Source: an uncultured archaeon (lineage in GTDB: Archaea > Asgardarchaeota > Thorarchaeia > Thorarchaeales > Thorarchaeaceae). Taken from it: 36,533 bases of DNA. Below the pieces are notes generated by a model. That model saw only the letters and a list, made by a program, of their open reading frames with translations, was not told where the DNA came from and made no database searches. This document shows, one piece after another, positions 35,083 to 36,533 of this stretch (within the stretch, counting starts at the first letter, position 1; each line of letters starts with the position of its first letter). Made by a program: the position numbers and the translations under genes. Location: NCBI GenBank assembly GCA_964631415.1, contig CAZVZC010000018.1:1-36533 (forward strand). The letters are read 5' to 3'.

Positions 35083-36161
35083 GGGACGATTTCACAGCCA
35101 TTGTTGAACTGGGGGTAGTCAAAGTCTTCGAAGGATATGACCCCATTTTCAATCAGTTCCATTATCCGTGGTAACGCTGCACGAAGGCAGCCAATCAAGT
35201 GTTTGACAGTGCCACAGATCTTCTGAAATCCTTCTTCCCCCCAGAGCCTCTCTTTGTTTGCAAACAGACACCTCCCGCCGCAGAGAGCGAAGTTCGTGCA
35301 TGATGGACATGGTTCATCGACGCTCATGACGTCCGCAAGCAACCTCGGGTCTGTTGTCCGTATGTCACCGACTATCGAGAATGGCCAGTCGGGTGATATT
35401 GGGCAGACACCAATTGAGCCATCAACGTGAATCACGAATGTGTCAATCCCAGATCCACACCTGAGCCGCGACGGTCTTCCGGTCAGAAGAGTGTGCGTTA
35501 TTGGCAGAAAGGGTACGATTCCCTCAACGGTTCCATCTTCCATCACCCGCACCCAACCGTTCACGAGTCTGGCTATTCCGGGGTTGTACGAGTCTCTCAC
35601 CCAGCCATCGAAATCCGTCCAGTTGCCTTCTGCATCCCATACAACATTCAGTTGCCAATGAACATGGTCGAACTTTGGATTCTTCATCCCAAGCAGATGG
35701 CGTACGTCTCGGTAGATGTCACTCTGCTCCGAAACCGCCATGCGGGCCACGATGTCTCCCGGGAAGTGGACTCTTCTTAGCCAGCGTACATTGGCCACAA
35801 CACGGTCGTACACTCCGCGCGATCTATAAGTGTCGGTTGTATGTCTTGGGCCATCTATCGAAACCAGTATTGAGTGAAACCGCTTGATGTACTCTTCGGG
35901 AATCCCGTTGAGGAGAAGGGCGTTTGTCTGAAGCATGAATCGAGCATGAGGGAACCGGTCCATGATCTGTATCATCAGCGGCACACGTAGGGTCGGCTCA
36001 CCTCCATAGAACATCAGCTGGACGTCAGGATCCAGATCTAGAAACGCGGCAAGGTCATTCAAGGAATAGCTGACCTCTGCGGAAGGCCCATGTTCCTCTC
36101 CTCCATGACAGTAGACGCAGTCGAGGTTGCATTGCCTTGTGAGGACCAAATGATAGTTCAA
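35079..36161 (-). CDS. Radical SAM protein with SPASM-like C-terminus (resembles the archaeal TIGR04084/AF_0577 family)
   Basis: CNLDCVYC, FYGGEP, QTNA, VSIDG; auxiliary cysteines CGSG...CP...CPSC.....CGGRC...C; ends GCEIVP. TTG start. Confidence 0.9.
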   Translation of the reverse strand: MNYHLVLTRQCNLDCVYCHGGEEHGPSAEVSYSLNDLAAFLDLDPDVQLMFYGGEPTLRVPLMIQIMDRFPHARFMLQTNALLLNGIPEEYIKRFHSILVSIDGPRHTTDTYRSRGVYDRVVANVRWLRRVHFPGDIVARMAVSEQSDIYRDVRHLLGMKNPKFDHVHWQLNVVWDAEGNWTDFDGWVRDSYNPGIARLVNGWVRVMEDGTVEGIVPFLPITHTLLTGRPSRLRCGSGIDTFVIHVDGSIGVCPISPDWPFSIVGDIRTTDPRLLADVMSVDEPCPSCTNFALCGGRCLFANKERLWGEEGFQKICGTVKHLIGCLRAALPRIMELIENGVISFEDFDYPQFNNGCEIVP

Positions 36162-36267
36162 CTTAGATAGACCCCGCGTGCAATGTGGTCTTCAGAAAGG
36201 GCAGCCGGATAAGGGTTATCAAATGGAGTAGGTTTTGCTGTCCATCTTTTCACTCGGGTATTGTCGT

Positions 36268-36533
36268 TCAAAGACTGCTCGAGAAGTCTGACGTAGCCCG
36301 TTTGGCTGCAGCGAGAGTAACGACGAATACAGTACCCTTGGTATAGTTTCCTTTGATCCGCTCTTCAACGGACGCAGTGCCCCCGAAAGCGTCCACAAGG
36401 GCCTTGACCACCCAGAGTCCTAGACCCGTGCCGTGAGCACCATCCATGTATCTCTCGAAGAGCCTGACCCTACGTCTGGGCTCTATTCCAGGACTGTGGT
36501 CAGCCACCCGAATCTCCCAATAATCGCGACCGT
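36268..36533 (-). CDS. Sensor histidine kinase, C-terminal HATPase_c domain (5' part lies outside the window)
   Basis: The frame is open to the window edge: WEIRVADHSPGI (G1 box), LFERY (F box), GTGLGL (G2 box), GTVFVVTL. Confidence 0.88.
   Translation of the reverse strand, partial: GRDYWEIRVADHSPGIEPRRRVRLFERYMDGAHGTGLGLWVVKALVDAFGGTASVEERIKGNYTKGTVFVVTLAAAKRATSDFSSSL

Overview
A gene-dense chromosomal window of roughly 52-55% GC (estimated by eye). It looks archaeal, and is inferred to be Asgard/Thorarchaeia-like from GGAGG(TGA) Shine-Dalgarno sites, TATA-like boxes, abundant N-glycosylation sequons and PCI-like tails. I found no rRNA, tRNA, CRISPR array, reverse transcriptase or transposase. 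Ordinary genes include aspA, a Zn-dependent MDR dehydrogenase, a GT-C glycosyltransferase, a PNPOx-like FMN-binding protein, two FtsX/MacB-type permeases, two GNATs, a radical SAM/SPASM protein and a truncated histidine kinase. Four things stand out. (1) At 1.8-8.5 kb, two paralogous lectin-like single-pass receptors and one minimal paralog share a cytoplasmic PCI-type winged helix; next to them are a possibly inactivated STAND-like NTPase and a wHTH regulator flanked by a repeated TGTCCGG-N8-CCGGA palindrome. (2) At 10-22.5 kb, a translationally coupled three-gene surface operon encodes a TSP3-repeat stalk adhesin, a nested FG-GAP/NHL propeller protein and a membrane-anchored papain-like Cys-His-Asp enzyme. 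(3) At 24.9-25.25 kb, an unannotated ~330-nt stretch folds into nearly abutting hairpins with a minus-strand G-U bias, a candidate new ncRNA. (4) At 33670-33816, a 48-aa tail-anchored CxxC microprotein is missing from the ORF track. All domain calls are by-eye motif recognition, not database results.
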